32,000 nucleotides of DNA from Formosa sp. Hel1_33_131 (GTDB taxonomy: Bacteria > Bacteroidota > Bacteroidia > Flavobacteriales > Flavobacteriaceae), in the NCBI RefSeq assembly GCF_001735745.1, contig NZ_CP017260.1:1560001-1592000 (forward strand). Reading direction: 5' to 3'. Positions 6,333-16,600 of the stretch are shown here, in pieces. The position numbers were made by a program, and so were the translations under genes. Numbering within the stretch: the first letter of the stretch is position 1; the number at the start of each line of letters is the position of its first letter. Below the pieces are notes generated by a model, which was not told where the DNA came from, did no database searches, and saw only the letters and a list, made by a program, of their open reading frames with translations.

Positions 6333-9173
6333 CTAATGCGCTTCTAGCCAATTGACACCCATGTCCATTTCAACATCTAAGGGAACACTTAAAGTATAGG
6401 CGTTCTCCATTTCTTCCTTGATTAATACTTTCATAGTTTCCAGTTCGGGTTTGTAAACATCAAAGACCAATTCATCATGCACCTGCAAGAGCATTTTGGT
6501 TTTAAACCCACCGGCTTCCAGTTTGTTATAGATGTTAATCATCGCAATTTTGATCACATCCGCTGCACTTCCTTGGATGGGCGCATTCACTGCATTTCGT
6601 TCCGCAGCTCCTCTTACAATCGCATTTCGTGAGTTGATGTCTTTCAGATAACGACGTCGGTTGGAGACGGTTGTCACATAGCCATGATCTCTTGCGAAAT
6701 CGACCTGTGAACTCATGTATTTTCGGAGTTTCGGATAAGTTTCGTAATAAGTTTCAATCAATTCTTTGGCCTCGGTTCTACTTAAATCCGTTTGATTGCT
6801 GAGCCCAAAAGCAGACACGCCGTAAATAATTCCGAAGTTGACCGTTTTGGCATTTCCACGCTGTTCTCTCGTCACTTCTTCCAAAGGTACATTAAAGACT
6901 TTCGAAGCGGTGGACGCATGAATATCTTCACCGTTTTTAAACGCCTCCATCATGGTTTCCTCTTCGCTCATTGCCGCAATAACACGCAATTCTATTTGAG
7001 AATAATCCGCCGCTAAAAGGATGTAATCTTCATTTCTTGGAATGAACGCCTTTCGCACTTGACGCCCGCGTTCTGTTCGGATCGGAATGTTCTGAAGATT
7101 TGGATTCGTACTACTCAAGCGTCCTGTGGAAGCCACCGTTTGCATATACTCCGTATGGATGTGTCCTGTGAGGTCCAAGACCTGTTCGGGCAGCGCATCT
7201 ACATAGGTGCTTTTCAGTTTGGCGAGTCCTCTGTAATCCAATACTTTTTGAATGATGTCATGATCTTTTGCTAAATAGGACAACACATCTTCCGCCGTAC
7301 TGTACTGACCAGTTTTGGTTTTTTTAGGTTTATCGACCAGCTTCATTTTTTCAAACAAAATCACCCCTAATTGTTTTGGCGAGGCAATATTAAAGGTCTC
7401 TCCAGCAGCTTCAAATATTTCTGTTTGGAGTCTCTCAATATCATTGTTTAAATCTTCCGAAAGCGAGTTTAAAAAGTCAGTATCAAGTTTGATCCCTTCT
7501 AATTCCATCGATGCTAATACTTTGACCAAGGGGATTTCAATCTCATTAAATAATTTTAAGGTATCGGCATCCGTCAATTCTTTTTTGAAATGACTTGCCA
7601 ATTGATAGGTGATGTCTGCATCTTCAACCGCATATTCGGTCAATTTCTCAAGTGACACATCGCGCATTGAAAGTTGATTTTTTCCTTTTTTACCGATGAG
7701 ATCCGTAATGGAAATAGGCGTATAATTTAAATAGGTTTCTGCAAGCACCTCCATATTATGACGCATATCGGCATTGATCAAATAATGCGCAATCATAGTA
7801 TCAAACAATGGGCCTTTGACCTCTATTTTATATTTGTGTAATACTTTTAAATCGTATTTTAAATTCTGTCCAATTTTCTCAATATGGGTGGCCTCAAAAA
7901 ACGGTCGAAATAATTCGATCAATTCTTGGGCTTCCTCAAAAGACTCTGGAAACGGAATGTAAAATCCTTTGTGTGCTTCCCACGAAAAGGCAATTCCTAC
8001 CAGCTCTGCTTTCAGCGGATTGAGTCCTGTTGTTTCGGTATCAAAACAAACCGATGTTTTGCTCATGAGCTGCTTGATAAAGAGTTTTAACCCTAAATCA
8101 CCCGATACATTTTGGTAAAAGTGAGGGACTGAAGTTGCCGTTTCTCTTCCGTAGTTGAGTGTAGCAACAGGCGCTGAAGGTTCATCTCCTCCAAACAATG
8201 AAAATTGTCCCGCTCCTGCTTCAGCTGTGGGGTTTGCGGCGGGTTTAGGCGTCGAAGTTGTTGGCTCTGGTGTCGCACCCTCAGGCGGTTTTACAGCAAA
8301 TGTTTTATTAAAATTATCAATCAAACGTTTGAATTCCAAGTCTTGAAAAATAGCACCGACTTTTTCAGAGTCGGGTGCCGTGAGTTCAAAACTTTTGGCA
8401 TCAAATTCCACCGGAACGTCCAATAAAATCGTAGCTAATTTTTTTGAAAGGAGTCCAAGCTCAGCATTGGCTTCAATCTTTTCTTTCATTTTTCCTTTGA
8501 GCTCATGGGTGTTTGCTAATAAATTTTCCATGCTTCCATATTGTGCAAGTAGTTTTTTGGCCGTTTTATCCCCCACGCCAGGTAGTCCGGGAATGTTATC
8601 AGAGGCATCGCCTTTCATCCCTAAAAAATCAATGACTTGAAGGGGGTCTTCAATTTCAAATTTTGCTTTAATTTCTTCCACACCCCAAGTTTCATAGCCG
8701 CCTCCAAACACAGGGCGGTACATAAAAATGTTTTCACTGACCAGTTGTGCGAAATCTTTATCGGGTGTGACCATAAAGGTTTTATAGCCTTCTTTTTCGG
8801 CTTTTTTAGCAAGTGTTCCAATGATGTCATCGGCTTCAAATCCTTCTTTGACAACCGCTGGGATATTCATAGCTTCCAAAATTTGATAGATATAAGGCAC
8901 GGCTAGTTTGATACCTTCTGGAGTTGCATCCCTGTTGGCCTTGTATTCCTTAAAAATTTCAACACGGTCTTTACTGCCGCCTTTGTCAAAACAAACCGCC
9001 AAGTGGTCTGGACGCTCTCTTTTTATAACATCTAATAAAGAGTTTGTAAATCCGAGGATGGCGGAAGTATCAAGCCCTTTGGAATTGATCCGTGGGTTTT
9101 TGATAAACGCATAATAGCCTCTAAAAATGAGAGCATAAGCATCGAGAAGAAATAAGCGTTTTTGTTCAGCCAT
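6333..9173 (-). CDS. polA: DNA polymerase I
   Basis: 946 aa. It has a 5'-3' exonuclease N-terminus (LFLLDAYALIFRGYYAF), a 3'-5' exonuclease region (CFDTETTGL), and polymerase motifs A (DYSQIELR), B (RGNAKTVNFGIIYG) and C (LQVHDELVF). Confidence 0.97.
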   Translation of the reverse strand: MAEQKRLFLLDAYALIFRGYYAFIKNPRINSKGLDTSAILGFTNSLLDVIKRERPDHLAVCFDKGGSKDRVEIFKEYKANRDATPEGIKLAVPYIYQILEAMNIPAVVKEGFEADDIIGTLAKKAEKEGYKTFMVTPDKDFAQLVSENIFMYRPVFGGGYETWGVEEIKAKFEIEDPLQVIDFLGMKGDASDNIPGLPGVGDKTAKKLLAQYGSMENLLANTHELKGKMKEKIEANAELGLLSKKLATILLDVPVEFDAKSFELTAPDSEKVGAIFQDLEFKRLIDNFNKTFAVKPPEGATPEPTTSTPKPAANPTAEAGAGQFSLFGGDEPSAPVATLNYGRETATSVPHFYQNVSGDLGLKLFIKQLMSKTSVCFDTETTGLNPLKAELVGIAFSWEAHKGFYIPFPESFEEAQELIELFRPFFEATHIEKIGQNLKYDLKVLHKYKIEVKGPLFDTMIAHYLINADMRHNMEVLAETYLNYTPISITDLIGKKGKNQLSMRDVSLEKLTEYAVEDADITYQLASHFKKELTDADTLKLFNEIEIPLVKVLASMELEGIKLDTDFLNSLSEDLNNDIERLQTEIFEAAGETFNIASPKQLGVILFEKMKLVDKPKKTKTGQYSTAEDVLSYLAKDHDIIQKVLDYRGLAKLKSTYVDALPEQVLDLTGHIHTEYMQTVASTGRLSSTNPNLQNIPIRTERGRQVRKAFIPRNEDYILLAADYSQIELRVIAAMSEEETMMEAFKNGEDIHASTASKVFNVPLEEVTREQRGNAKTVNFGIIYGVSAFGLSNQTDLSRTEAKELIETYYETYPKLRKYMSSQVDFARDHGYVTTVSNRRRYLKDINSRNAIVRGAAERNAVNAPIQGSAADVIKIAMINIYNKLEAGGFKTKMLLQVHDELVFDVYKPELETMKVLIKEEMENAYTLSVPLDVEMDMGVNWLEAH

Positions 9174-9184
9174 TGGTGGTGGTT

Positions 9185-10183
9185 TTAAGCGTTTTTATTA
9201 AAATAGTTTGATTGTATTGTTTCGTTGACTCCCTTTTGGAATTTGGTCATACTAAACCATTGATGGATCGAAAAGGATCCTGTCTGTCCTTGTTTATTGA
9301 TCGCAATATACCCGACTTGAAAATTCTTGTAATTGCTGTTGGGTTTATCTACAATTCGTTGGATGGCGATTTCACAAGCTTCTTGAGGTGTTTTTCCTTG
9401 TCGCATCAATTCTACGACTAAAAAACTCCCGACGGTTTTCACGACTTCTTCGCCCAACCCTGTGGCCACAGCAGCACCAATTTCATTATCTACAAACAGC
9501 CCAGCCCCAATGATTGGAGAGTCGCCCACCCGTCCATTTAGTTTATAGGCCAATCCGCTTGTGGTACAAGCCCCCGAAAGGTTTCCGTCTTTGTCGATCG
9601 CCAGCATTCCAATAGTGTCGTGGTTTTCGATGTTAATGATGGGGCTGTATTCACTTTTAATTTTCCAAGCTTCCCAGCTTTTTTTGGAATCTTCGGTGAG
9701 TAAGTTTTCTTTTTTGAATCCTTTTTGAAGTGCAAATTTTTCAGCACCACTTCCAGCGAGCATCACGTGTGGTGTGTCCTCCATTACTTTTCGAGCGACA
9801 GAAACGGCATGGGTAATATTGTGTAAAAACACAACCGATCCACAGTCGCCATTTTGATTCATAACACAGGCATCGAGAGTCACATTTCCATCTCGGTCGG
9901 GGAGTCCTCCTTTACCAACAGATTGGCCTTTTTCATTGGCTTCTTCTACACGACAGCCTTGCTCGACTGCATCAAGTGCAGTACCTCCATTTTGTAAAAT
10001 CTCCCAAGCTTTTGCAGTGGAATTTTTCACATCCCAAGTGGCAATAACGAGTGGAAGTGAAGCCGCCTCCAAAGTGCCAACAACTTCTGAAGATGGGGTT
10101 TCTGCGCAACTGGTCAAGCTCTTTCCAAGTGCTAAACCGATCCCCGAAAGGGAAGCGTTTTTTAAAAAATTTCTTCGCTTCAT
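9185..10183 (-). CDS. Glycosylasparaginase / isoaspartyl peptidase-L-asparaginase family Ntn hydrolase with a Tat-type lipoprotein signal
   Basis: MKRRNFLKNASLSGIGLALGKSLTSC is a twin-arginine signal plus a Cys. The autoprocessing site is ENHDTIGMLAID (nucleophile Thr after HD), followed by GRVGDSPIIGAG. I prefer the ATG at 10183 over the GTG at 10192 given in the ORF track. Confidence 0.85.
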   Translation of the reverse strand: MKRRNFLKNASLSGIGLALGKSLTSCAETPSSEVVGTLEAASLPLVIATWDVKNSTAKAWEILQNGGTALDAVEQGCRVEEANEKGQSVGKGGLPDRDGNVTLDACVMNQNGDCGSVVFLHNITHAVSVARKVMEDTPHVMLAGSGAEKFALQKGFKKENLLTEDSKKSWEAWKIKSEYSPIINIENHDTIGMLAIDKDGNLSGACTTSGLAYKLNGRVGDSPIIGAGLFVDNEIGAAVATGLGEEVVKTVGSFLVVELMRQGKTPQEACEIAIQRIVDKPNSNYKNFQVGYIAINKQGQTGSFSIHQWFSMTKFQKGVNETIQSNYFNKNA

Positions 10184-10184
10184 T

Positions 10185-11858
10185 TTATTCACTAAGTGAA
10201 ATCCCTTGATTTTTCAAGACACTCTTTGTTTTGAACGCATAAAATAATAGATATATAAAACAGAATACAGCAATCCAATACGAAGATTGAATGCTAAAAA
10301 TATCTGCTAATTTCCCTTGTAATGGTGGAATAATTGCCCCTCCTAAAATCATCATAATTAAGAATGCAGACCCTTGAGAGGTATATTTTCCCAATCCAGA
10401 AATACTTAGTGTAAATATACAAGGCCACATGATGGAGCAAAATAAACCTCCTGAAAGTAATGCATATAACGCCAATTGTCCTGATGCAAAAATGCCAATG
10501 AGGACTCCAATAACGCCTAAGGTGCTAAAGATTTTCAAGGTTTTAATAGGGTTGTCTTTTGCGAGAAAGAAACCACCGATTTGGATGGCAACACACACAC
10601 TAAACAATAAAATTTCTGAGCTTGAGTAGCTACCAAAATTAACCAATAGAATCACGCCAAAGGCGACATAAGGCACCAAAATAAGCAACCATTTCTTAAG
10701 GCCTTTACTCGGGTTAAACACAGTGATCGCACCGACCCAACGGCCAATCATCATTCCGCCCCAATATAAGGAAATGAAGGGCGCGATCTCAGCATCATTC
10801 ATCACTTTTAAACCTAAAGGATTTAGGTTGTTGATTTTATCAGCTACCGATTTTAAGAGTTCACCGAGATTACTTTGAATGGTCACTTCGACTCCTACAT
10901 ACATAAATATGGCGAGCATCCCTAAAATCAATTGTGGGTATTTCATAGCGCCCCAACCTTCAGGTGATTTTGAGGCACGTGTATTGGCGAAAAATACACT
11001 TACAACAACCGCAAATAAAGCGATCAACAGTAAATAAAGCCGTTTGTTTTCGAGGGCTTCCGTTGTAACTTCTCCTCCAGCATAAGTATTGAAGATCAAT
11101 CCAAAACAAACAAAAATCACGACGGTTAAAGCAATCAACATATTTTTTGCTTTATTGGCAGGTTCAAACACTTCATTTGTTTTTGTGTTCGGCAACTTTT
11201 TAGAAAAATGAAACAAGGCTGCTGCGGCTAAAAACAAGGCACCAACACCCAAATAGAGGTATTGAATGGTGGTTAGTTTTATCTCGTTATTTTCAATCAT
11301 TTGATTCAACTCATCCCCAGATAATGGTGTAGATCCAAAAATGATAAACGCAATGACGATGGGTCCAATGGTGGTTCCAAACGAGTTGACACCGCCTGCA
11401 AGGTTCAATCGATGTGACCCTGTTTCTGGATCGCCTAGTGCAATCGCAAAGGGGTTTGCCGCGGTTTGTTGAAGCGAAAATCCAAGTCCTACAATGAATA
11501 AGGCTAATAGCACCAAATAAAACACTGAGGTGTCTCCTTGTTGAGCTCCATCTACAAAAGGGTACATTAACAAGGCGCCAAGTGCCGAAATTAAGAGTCC
11601 ATATACAATACCATTTTTGTAGCCCCAATTATTAAGAATGTCTTTTTTTACAGAACTTGATATTACAAACAGCAATAGGGCTCCCAAATAATAAGCACCG
11701 TAAAAGGCAAAGTCAACAAGCTGCGATTGAAATTGATCAATACTAAAATAGGTTTTGCAAAAGGGTATGAAAACTCCGTTAGAGGCGGCAATAAATCCCC
11801 AGAAAAAGAAGACAGTGACTAAGGTTGTTAATGCTGAATTGTTGTTTTTTGTACTCAT
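10185..11858 (-). CDS. MFS sugar transporter, FucP / glucose-galactose (GlcNAc-type) family, extended 557-aa form
   Basis: Polytopic hydrophobic protein with FucP-like N-terminal helices ([30 protein letters not shown]). Its stop lies 1 nt before the asparaginase ATG. Confidence 0.8.
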   Translation of the reverse strand: MSTKNNNSALTTLVTVFFFWGFIAASNGVFIPFCKTYFSIDQFQSQLVDFAFYGAYYLGALLLFVISSSVKKDILNNWGYKNGIVYGLLISALGALLMYPFVDGAQQGDTSVFYLVLLALFIVGLGFSLQQTAANPFAIALGDPETGSHRLNLAGGVNSFGTTIGPIVIAFIIFGSTPLSGDELNQMIENNEIKLTTIQYLYLGVGALFLAAAALFHFSKKLPNTKTNEVFEPANKAKNMLIALTVVIFVCFGLIFNTYAGGEVTTEALENKRLYLLLIALFAVVVSVFFANTRASKSPEGWGAMKYPQLILGMLAIFMYVGVEVTIQSNLGELLKSVADKINNLNPLGLKVMNDAEIAPFISLYWGGMMIGRWVGAITVFNPSKGLKKWLLILVPYVAFGVILLVNFGSYSSSEILLFSVCVAIQIGGFFLAKDNPIKTLKIFSTLGVIGVLIGIFASGQLALYALLSGGLFCSIMWPCIFTLSISGLGKYTSQGSAFLIMMILGGAIIPPLQGKLADIFSIQSSYWIAVFCFIYLLFYAFKTKSVLKNQGISLSE

Positions 11859-12010
11859 GTTGTTCGTGGTTAGTTAATTTTAAAAATGAAAGATATTTAA
11901 AGATTAGAAATATACTAAAAAATTACAAATCTAAAAGTATCGTTAAATAAAAATATTAACTCAATTATCATTTGCTTTTGTTTTACTTTTGTGGTTGACT
12001 TTGTCCTGAT

Positions 12011-13243
12011 ATGATTCGATTAATAATTTTTATAGTTCTTGTTTTAGCATTAGATTTTTATGCCCTTCAAAGTTTTAGAAGCGTGGTTCGAAATCCGTGG
12101 GTCACTTACGGATATGTGGTTATTTCTTTGGTCGTATTTGGAAATATCGTCTATCAAGGGTTTACATTTGAAAGAGGCTCAGGAGTAAACTCCGGATTTT
12201 ATTTAGCCTTTGCCTTGTTTGTATTGGTTTATGTGCCCAAATTAGTGCTCTTAATTTTTATGTTTGGGGAAGATGTGTTTCGTTTGTTTGAAGCTGGTGT
12301 TAATTATTTTGTTTCTAAATCAGATGAAAGCTCGGGCTTATTTAATTCTAGACGAAAATTCATTGGACAACTCGCCTTGGGCATTGCAGCCATCCCATTT
12401 TTGTCCATTCTCTATGGAATTACGAAAGGAAAATACAATTTTAAAGTTTTAAAATACACATTAGAATTCGATGATTTACCTGCTGCTTTTGACGGCTATC
12501 AGGTTACTCAAATAAGTGACATTCACAGTGGGAGTTTTGACAATAAAGAAAAAATAGAATATGCGGTTGATCTTGTGAATCAGCAAGCTTCGGATGTAAT
12601 TATGTTTACGGGCGATTTAGTGAATAGTAAGTCTAAAGAAATGCGTCCATGGAAATCGACCTTTTCAAAATTAACAGCAAAAGACGGTGTGTTTTCTATT
12701 TTGGGAAATCATGATTATGGCGATTATACGCGTTGGCCTTCCGACGAGGCGAAAGCAGAGAATTTTCAAGAGTTATTAGACATTCAAAAAGAGATGGGTT
12801 TTGATTTGTTGAGGAATGAAAGTCGATTTATTGAAAAAGAAGGCGATCGTTTGGCTGTTATTGGTGTCGAAAATTGGGGGAAAGGATTCAAGCAAAAAGG
12901 CGATTTATCGCTTGCATCTTCCAAAGTGGAACCGAACGATTTTAAGATACTTTTGAGTCATGATCCTTCACATTGGCAGTACGAAGTTGTGAAAGATCCA
13001 ACGCATTACCACCTAACGTTAAGTGGGCACACTCATGGGATGCAGTTTGGTATTGAGATTCCTGGAATCATCAAATGGAGTCCTATTAAATGGCGCTACA
13101 AATATTGGGCTGGCATCTACGAAAAGGCCGGTCAGTACATCAATGTGAACCGTGGATTTGGCTTTTTAGCCTTCCCTGGGCGGGTTGGTATTTGGCCTGA
13201 AATTACCGTTATAACGCTTAAAAAACGGATTAATAACACATAA
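12011..13243 (+). CDS. Membrane-anchored calcineurin-like metallophosphoesterase (YaeI-like)
   Basis: About four N-terminal hydrophobic helices, then the metallophosphoesterase motifs DIHSG, GDLV, GNHD, SHDP and GHTHG. Confidence 0.85.
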   Translation: MIRLIIFIVLVLALDFYALQSFRSVVRNPWVTYGYVVISLVVFGNIVYQGFTFERGSGVNSGFYLAFALFVLVYVPKLVLLIFMFGEDVFRLFEAGVNYFVSKSDESSGLFNSRRKFIGQLALGIAAIPFLSILYGITKGKYNFKVLKYTLEFDDLPAAFDGYQVTQISDIHSGSFDNKEKIEYAVDLVNQQASDVIMFTGDLVNSKSKEMRPWKSTFSKLTAKDGVFSILGNHDYGDYTRWPSDEAKAENFQELLDIQKEMGFDLLRNESRFIEKEGDRLAVIGVENWGKGFKQKGDLSLASSKVEPNDFKILLSHDPSHWQYEVVKDPTHYHLTLSGHTHGMQFGIEIPGIIKWSPIKWRYKYWAGIYEKAGQYINVNRGFGFLAFPGRVGIWPEITVITLKKRINNT

Positions 13244-13351
13244 ACTTCAGAAAACGTTATATTTACCCCAAAATAATACTTATATTTATAGGTGGTAAGC
13301 TTATAAGTAAGTATCATTATCATTGAAGTTTGATACATAAAACCCCTTGAT

Positions 13352-13648
13352 ATGTCAAAATTTGGAGAGTTAATAGACGTTGAAATCCCTGTATTGTTCG
13401 AGTTCTTTACAGAGTGGAGCGACGAATCTGAGGCCATGCATGATGTGCTCAGACATGTTGCTGCCGCAATGGGCGACAAGGCTCGTGTGATAAAAATTGA
13501 CGTTGAAAAAAATCAAGACCTTGCAGAAGCACTGCGCATAAAAGGGCTGCCAACACTCATTATTTACAAGTCAGGCGACATGAAATGGCGCCAAAGCGGA
13601 GAGCTGGACGCCAATACAATTATTGGTCGGATTCAAGAATATGTGTAA
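13352..13648 (+). CDS. Thioredoxin-fold protein lacking both active-site cysteines (WSDES in place of WCGPC)
   Basis: 98 aa that aligns colinearly by eye with E. coli TrxA. VLFEFFTEWSDESEAM matches ILVDFWAEWCGPCKMI, and the cis-Pro motif is retained (KGLPTLIIYKSG versus RGIPTLLLFKNG). Confidence 0.8.
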   Translation: MSKFGELIDVEIPVLFEFFTEWSDESEAMHDVLRHVAAAMGDKARVIKIDVEKNQDLAEALRIKGLPTLIIYKSGDMKWRQSGELDANTIIGRIQEYV

Positions 13649-13673
13649 TTTTTTTACAATTACAAATTAGCTC

Positions 13674-16600
13674 TTAAAGGATATCCAAGACCTCGTCTTC
13701 TATTTCGGCTTCTTCAACTTCTTCATCTTCCTCTAATTCCCCAGTAAACAGTCTAAGGTAATTGTTGAATTTTTCCATTTCAGCCTTAATAAAGGCGTCC
13801 GTTTCATAAAAAGCAGTGACATCTACCAACCCTCTATAACGTTCAATATCGGTGTAAATATTTTGAATATGCTTTGATTGGTTATACTCAGACAGGGAGC
13901 TGTAATAAATTAAGCTTTCTTGGTATTTCTGACTCACTTCCATAAATAAATTCCGTGCCTTTTCGGTCGCCTCTAATTCATAATAAGCACCAATGTATGG
14001 CTCAAGCAGTGTATAAAACCCAAAGAGATCCACCGGCATTTTTGCCATCGCCAAATCCGCAATTTCCTCTGCTTTTTCCAGTTCCCCTTCTTGAATTAAA
14101 GTTTCAATCAATCGTGCTAAGTTTCCTCTGTAGGTCAAACTGTTTTTACGGGTTTCAATATCATGGTACATTGTTGGGTCGCCATTATTTCCCCAATCCC
14201 AATTGGTCACCATGTCGTACATTTTATCAGTATCAATACGCCCCATATCAAACGGGTTGTCTTTCGCAACCGCTGTTTTTATAGGAACTAACTTATAGAC
14301 CAAGCCATCGAGTTGCAAATAGTCTTTCATCCAAATATAATCGTCGTCTCCAAAGGCACCTCCTGAAAAATAGATCGGACGCTCCCAATTGTTATTGGCA
14401 ATAATGTCCAACATTAATAAACGGTTTTTATAAATCGCAGAATTTTTGATTCTAATATCGATATAAGGCACAATGGAAGCAGAATCTTTGGCTTTTACAA
14501 TTCCATTTCTTAAGACGGACTCTGTGTCTACTGGAATTCTGATGTGTTCTGTAGGCAAGTAATTAGCATTCAAATCTTGCCTGCGTTGTCCACTAGTGTC
14601 ATACCCCTGTTCGTCTAGGATGTGTTTGTATTTAGTGCGCGGGTCGTCACTCGTAATAAACCCTAAAACCTGATTAAGGCCTAATGTGTCTTCTGTCACT
14701 ACTTCTTTAATGACATAATCTCTTGTGCCCCATTTATATTGATCGTGTGTCAAACTTGATGGAATGGGATCACTGTCATACGCTTTTCGTTTCATCTGAT
14801 CAATGTACCAATCGACATTTAATAAGCTCGTACAAACAACGCGTACATCGCGACGAATGCCTTCAATTTCTTGGGCATACCAAAGTGGAAAGGTATCGTT
14901 GTCACCGATGGTAAAAAGGATGGCATTTGGATCACAAGATTCTAAATATTGCAGTGCCATGGCATTTGCAGTTTTTCTTTTAGAGCGGTCGTGATCGTCC
15001 CAATTTTGACTTATTAAGACTCCAGGAACAGCAATCAAACACACCAAACTTACGATGGGTGCTAACAAACTTGTTTTGGAATAAGTGCTTAATTTTTCAT
15101 AAATAGCAAAGACTCCAAACCCGATCCAGAGTGCAAATACATAAAAAGAGCCCACCAACGAATAATCGCGCTCGCGGGGTTCAAACGGTCGCACATTGGT
15201 ATAAACTTGTATGGCAATTCCTGTAAACAAGAAAAAGACCAGCATGGTCCAAAAGAGTTTTTTATCTCTATTAAAAAGAAAAAACAAACCAATCAACCCT
15301 AATAACAGCGGTAAAAAGTAGTAGGTATTTCGAGCTTTATTATTTAAAACATCGCTTGGAAGATTGTCTTGAGAAATGTCTAAAACGTAGGAGTCCACAG
15401 CCTCAATTCCACTGATCCAATTGCCGTGAAGGTCAAGCCGACCTTGAACATCATCTTGGCGTCCTGTAAAATTCCACATAAAGTAACGCCAATACATATA
15501 TCCTATTTGATAATCAAAAAGGTAGTATATGTTCTGAAGTAGCGAAGGTTTTTGAATGTCAATATAACGTCCATATTTTTTCAGAAAGGCATGATAATCC
15601 TCATAATCAACATCCCCTTGGGCTACAGAATCCTTGAAGCTATTCACAACCGAACGTAAGTCGTTTTGCATTTGATACTCCGTTTTGATTGAAAACTCCA
15701 AAAACCCAGAATACATCATGTAATTTTCGGCATGCTCATCACTCCACATCCTCGGTAAAAAAGAAGCGTGTTCTGTGTTGTAGTTTTGCAATCCATCTTT
15801 ATAATCGTTGACAATCACATATTTTTCAGCGACTTCATCTTTTTCGTATTTTGGCTTGTCATCGACATAAGGTTGGTTTTCGTCCAAACCAACATATTGA
15901 TTTGTAAACTGAGGTCCATAAAACAAATGTGTTTTTGGGTACTGTTCTAAGTTGTAATAAGCGAGGAGTTCTCTGGCACTTGAGGGGTTGTTTTCATTCA
16001 CCGTTACATTCGCATTCGCACGAATAGGAAGCATTAACCAGGATGAAAATCCGATGACTATAAATGTGATGCAAAGGAGTCCTGTGTTGAGGTGGATATA
16101 CCCTTTTTTTCGGGTGTAATTGAGTCCCCAAAAAATGAATCCAACCAACAGAATAAATGCAATGATAGAACCTGAATTAAACGGCATTCCAACCGAGTTC
16201 ACAAAAAAGATTTCTAAGGCACTGAAGTATCTAAGAATATTAGGAGCTAAGAGTTTAAAGACAAATAATAAAATGGCAACGCCAGCGATATTTGCCAAAA
16301 TAAAATTCTTAATCGTAACCGTTTTGTAATTTTTAAAAAAGTAGATAAGACTGATTGCTGGAATGGTCAACAGTCCCATAAAGTGCACGCCAAACGACAA
16401 GCCAACCACAAAAGAAATAAGAATGAGCCATTTGTTGCCTCTTGGTGTAAACATCTCATTTTCCCAGCGCAACCCTAAATAAAATAAGACAGCCATGATT
16501 AATGTTGCCATGGCATAGACTTCGGTTTCAACGGCATTGAACCAAAAGGAATCCGTAAATGCAAAGGATAAACTCCCTACAAACGCAGCACCTAAAACAG

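Noticed and set aside
10184-10192. GTG at 10192 as the asparaginase start, giving an 8-nt overlap with the MFS gene
   Set aside because: The ATG at 10183 gives MKRRNFLK, the canonical beginning of a twin-arginine signal. The GTG extension adds only MNK.
11311-11628. 105-aa alternative-frame ORF inside the MFS transporter gene
   Set aside because: It is wholly embedded in a well-supported membrane protein gene, and its Trp/Arg/Cys-rich product is typical of an off-frame reading.
13132-13479. 115-aa minus-strand ORF bridging the metallophosphoesterase 3' end and the thioredoxin-fold gene 5' end
   Set aside because: It is antisense to two supported genes and to the intergenic promoter region, with no motifs.
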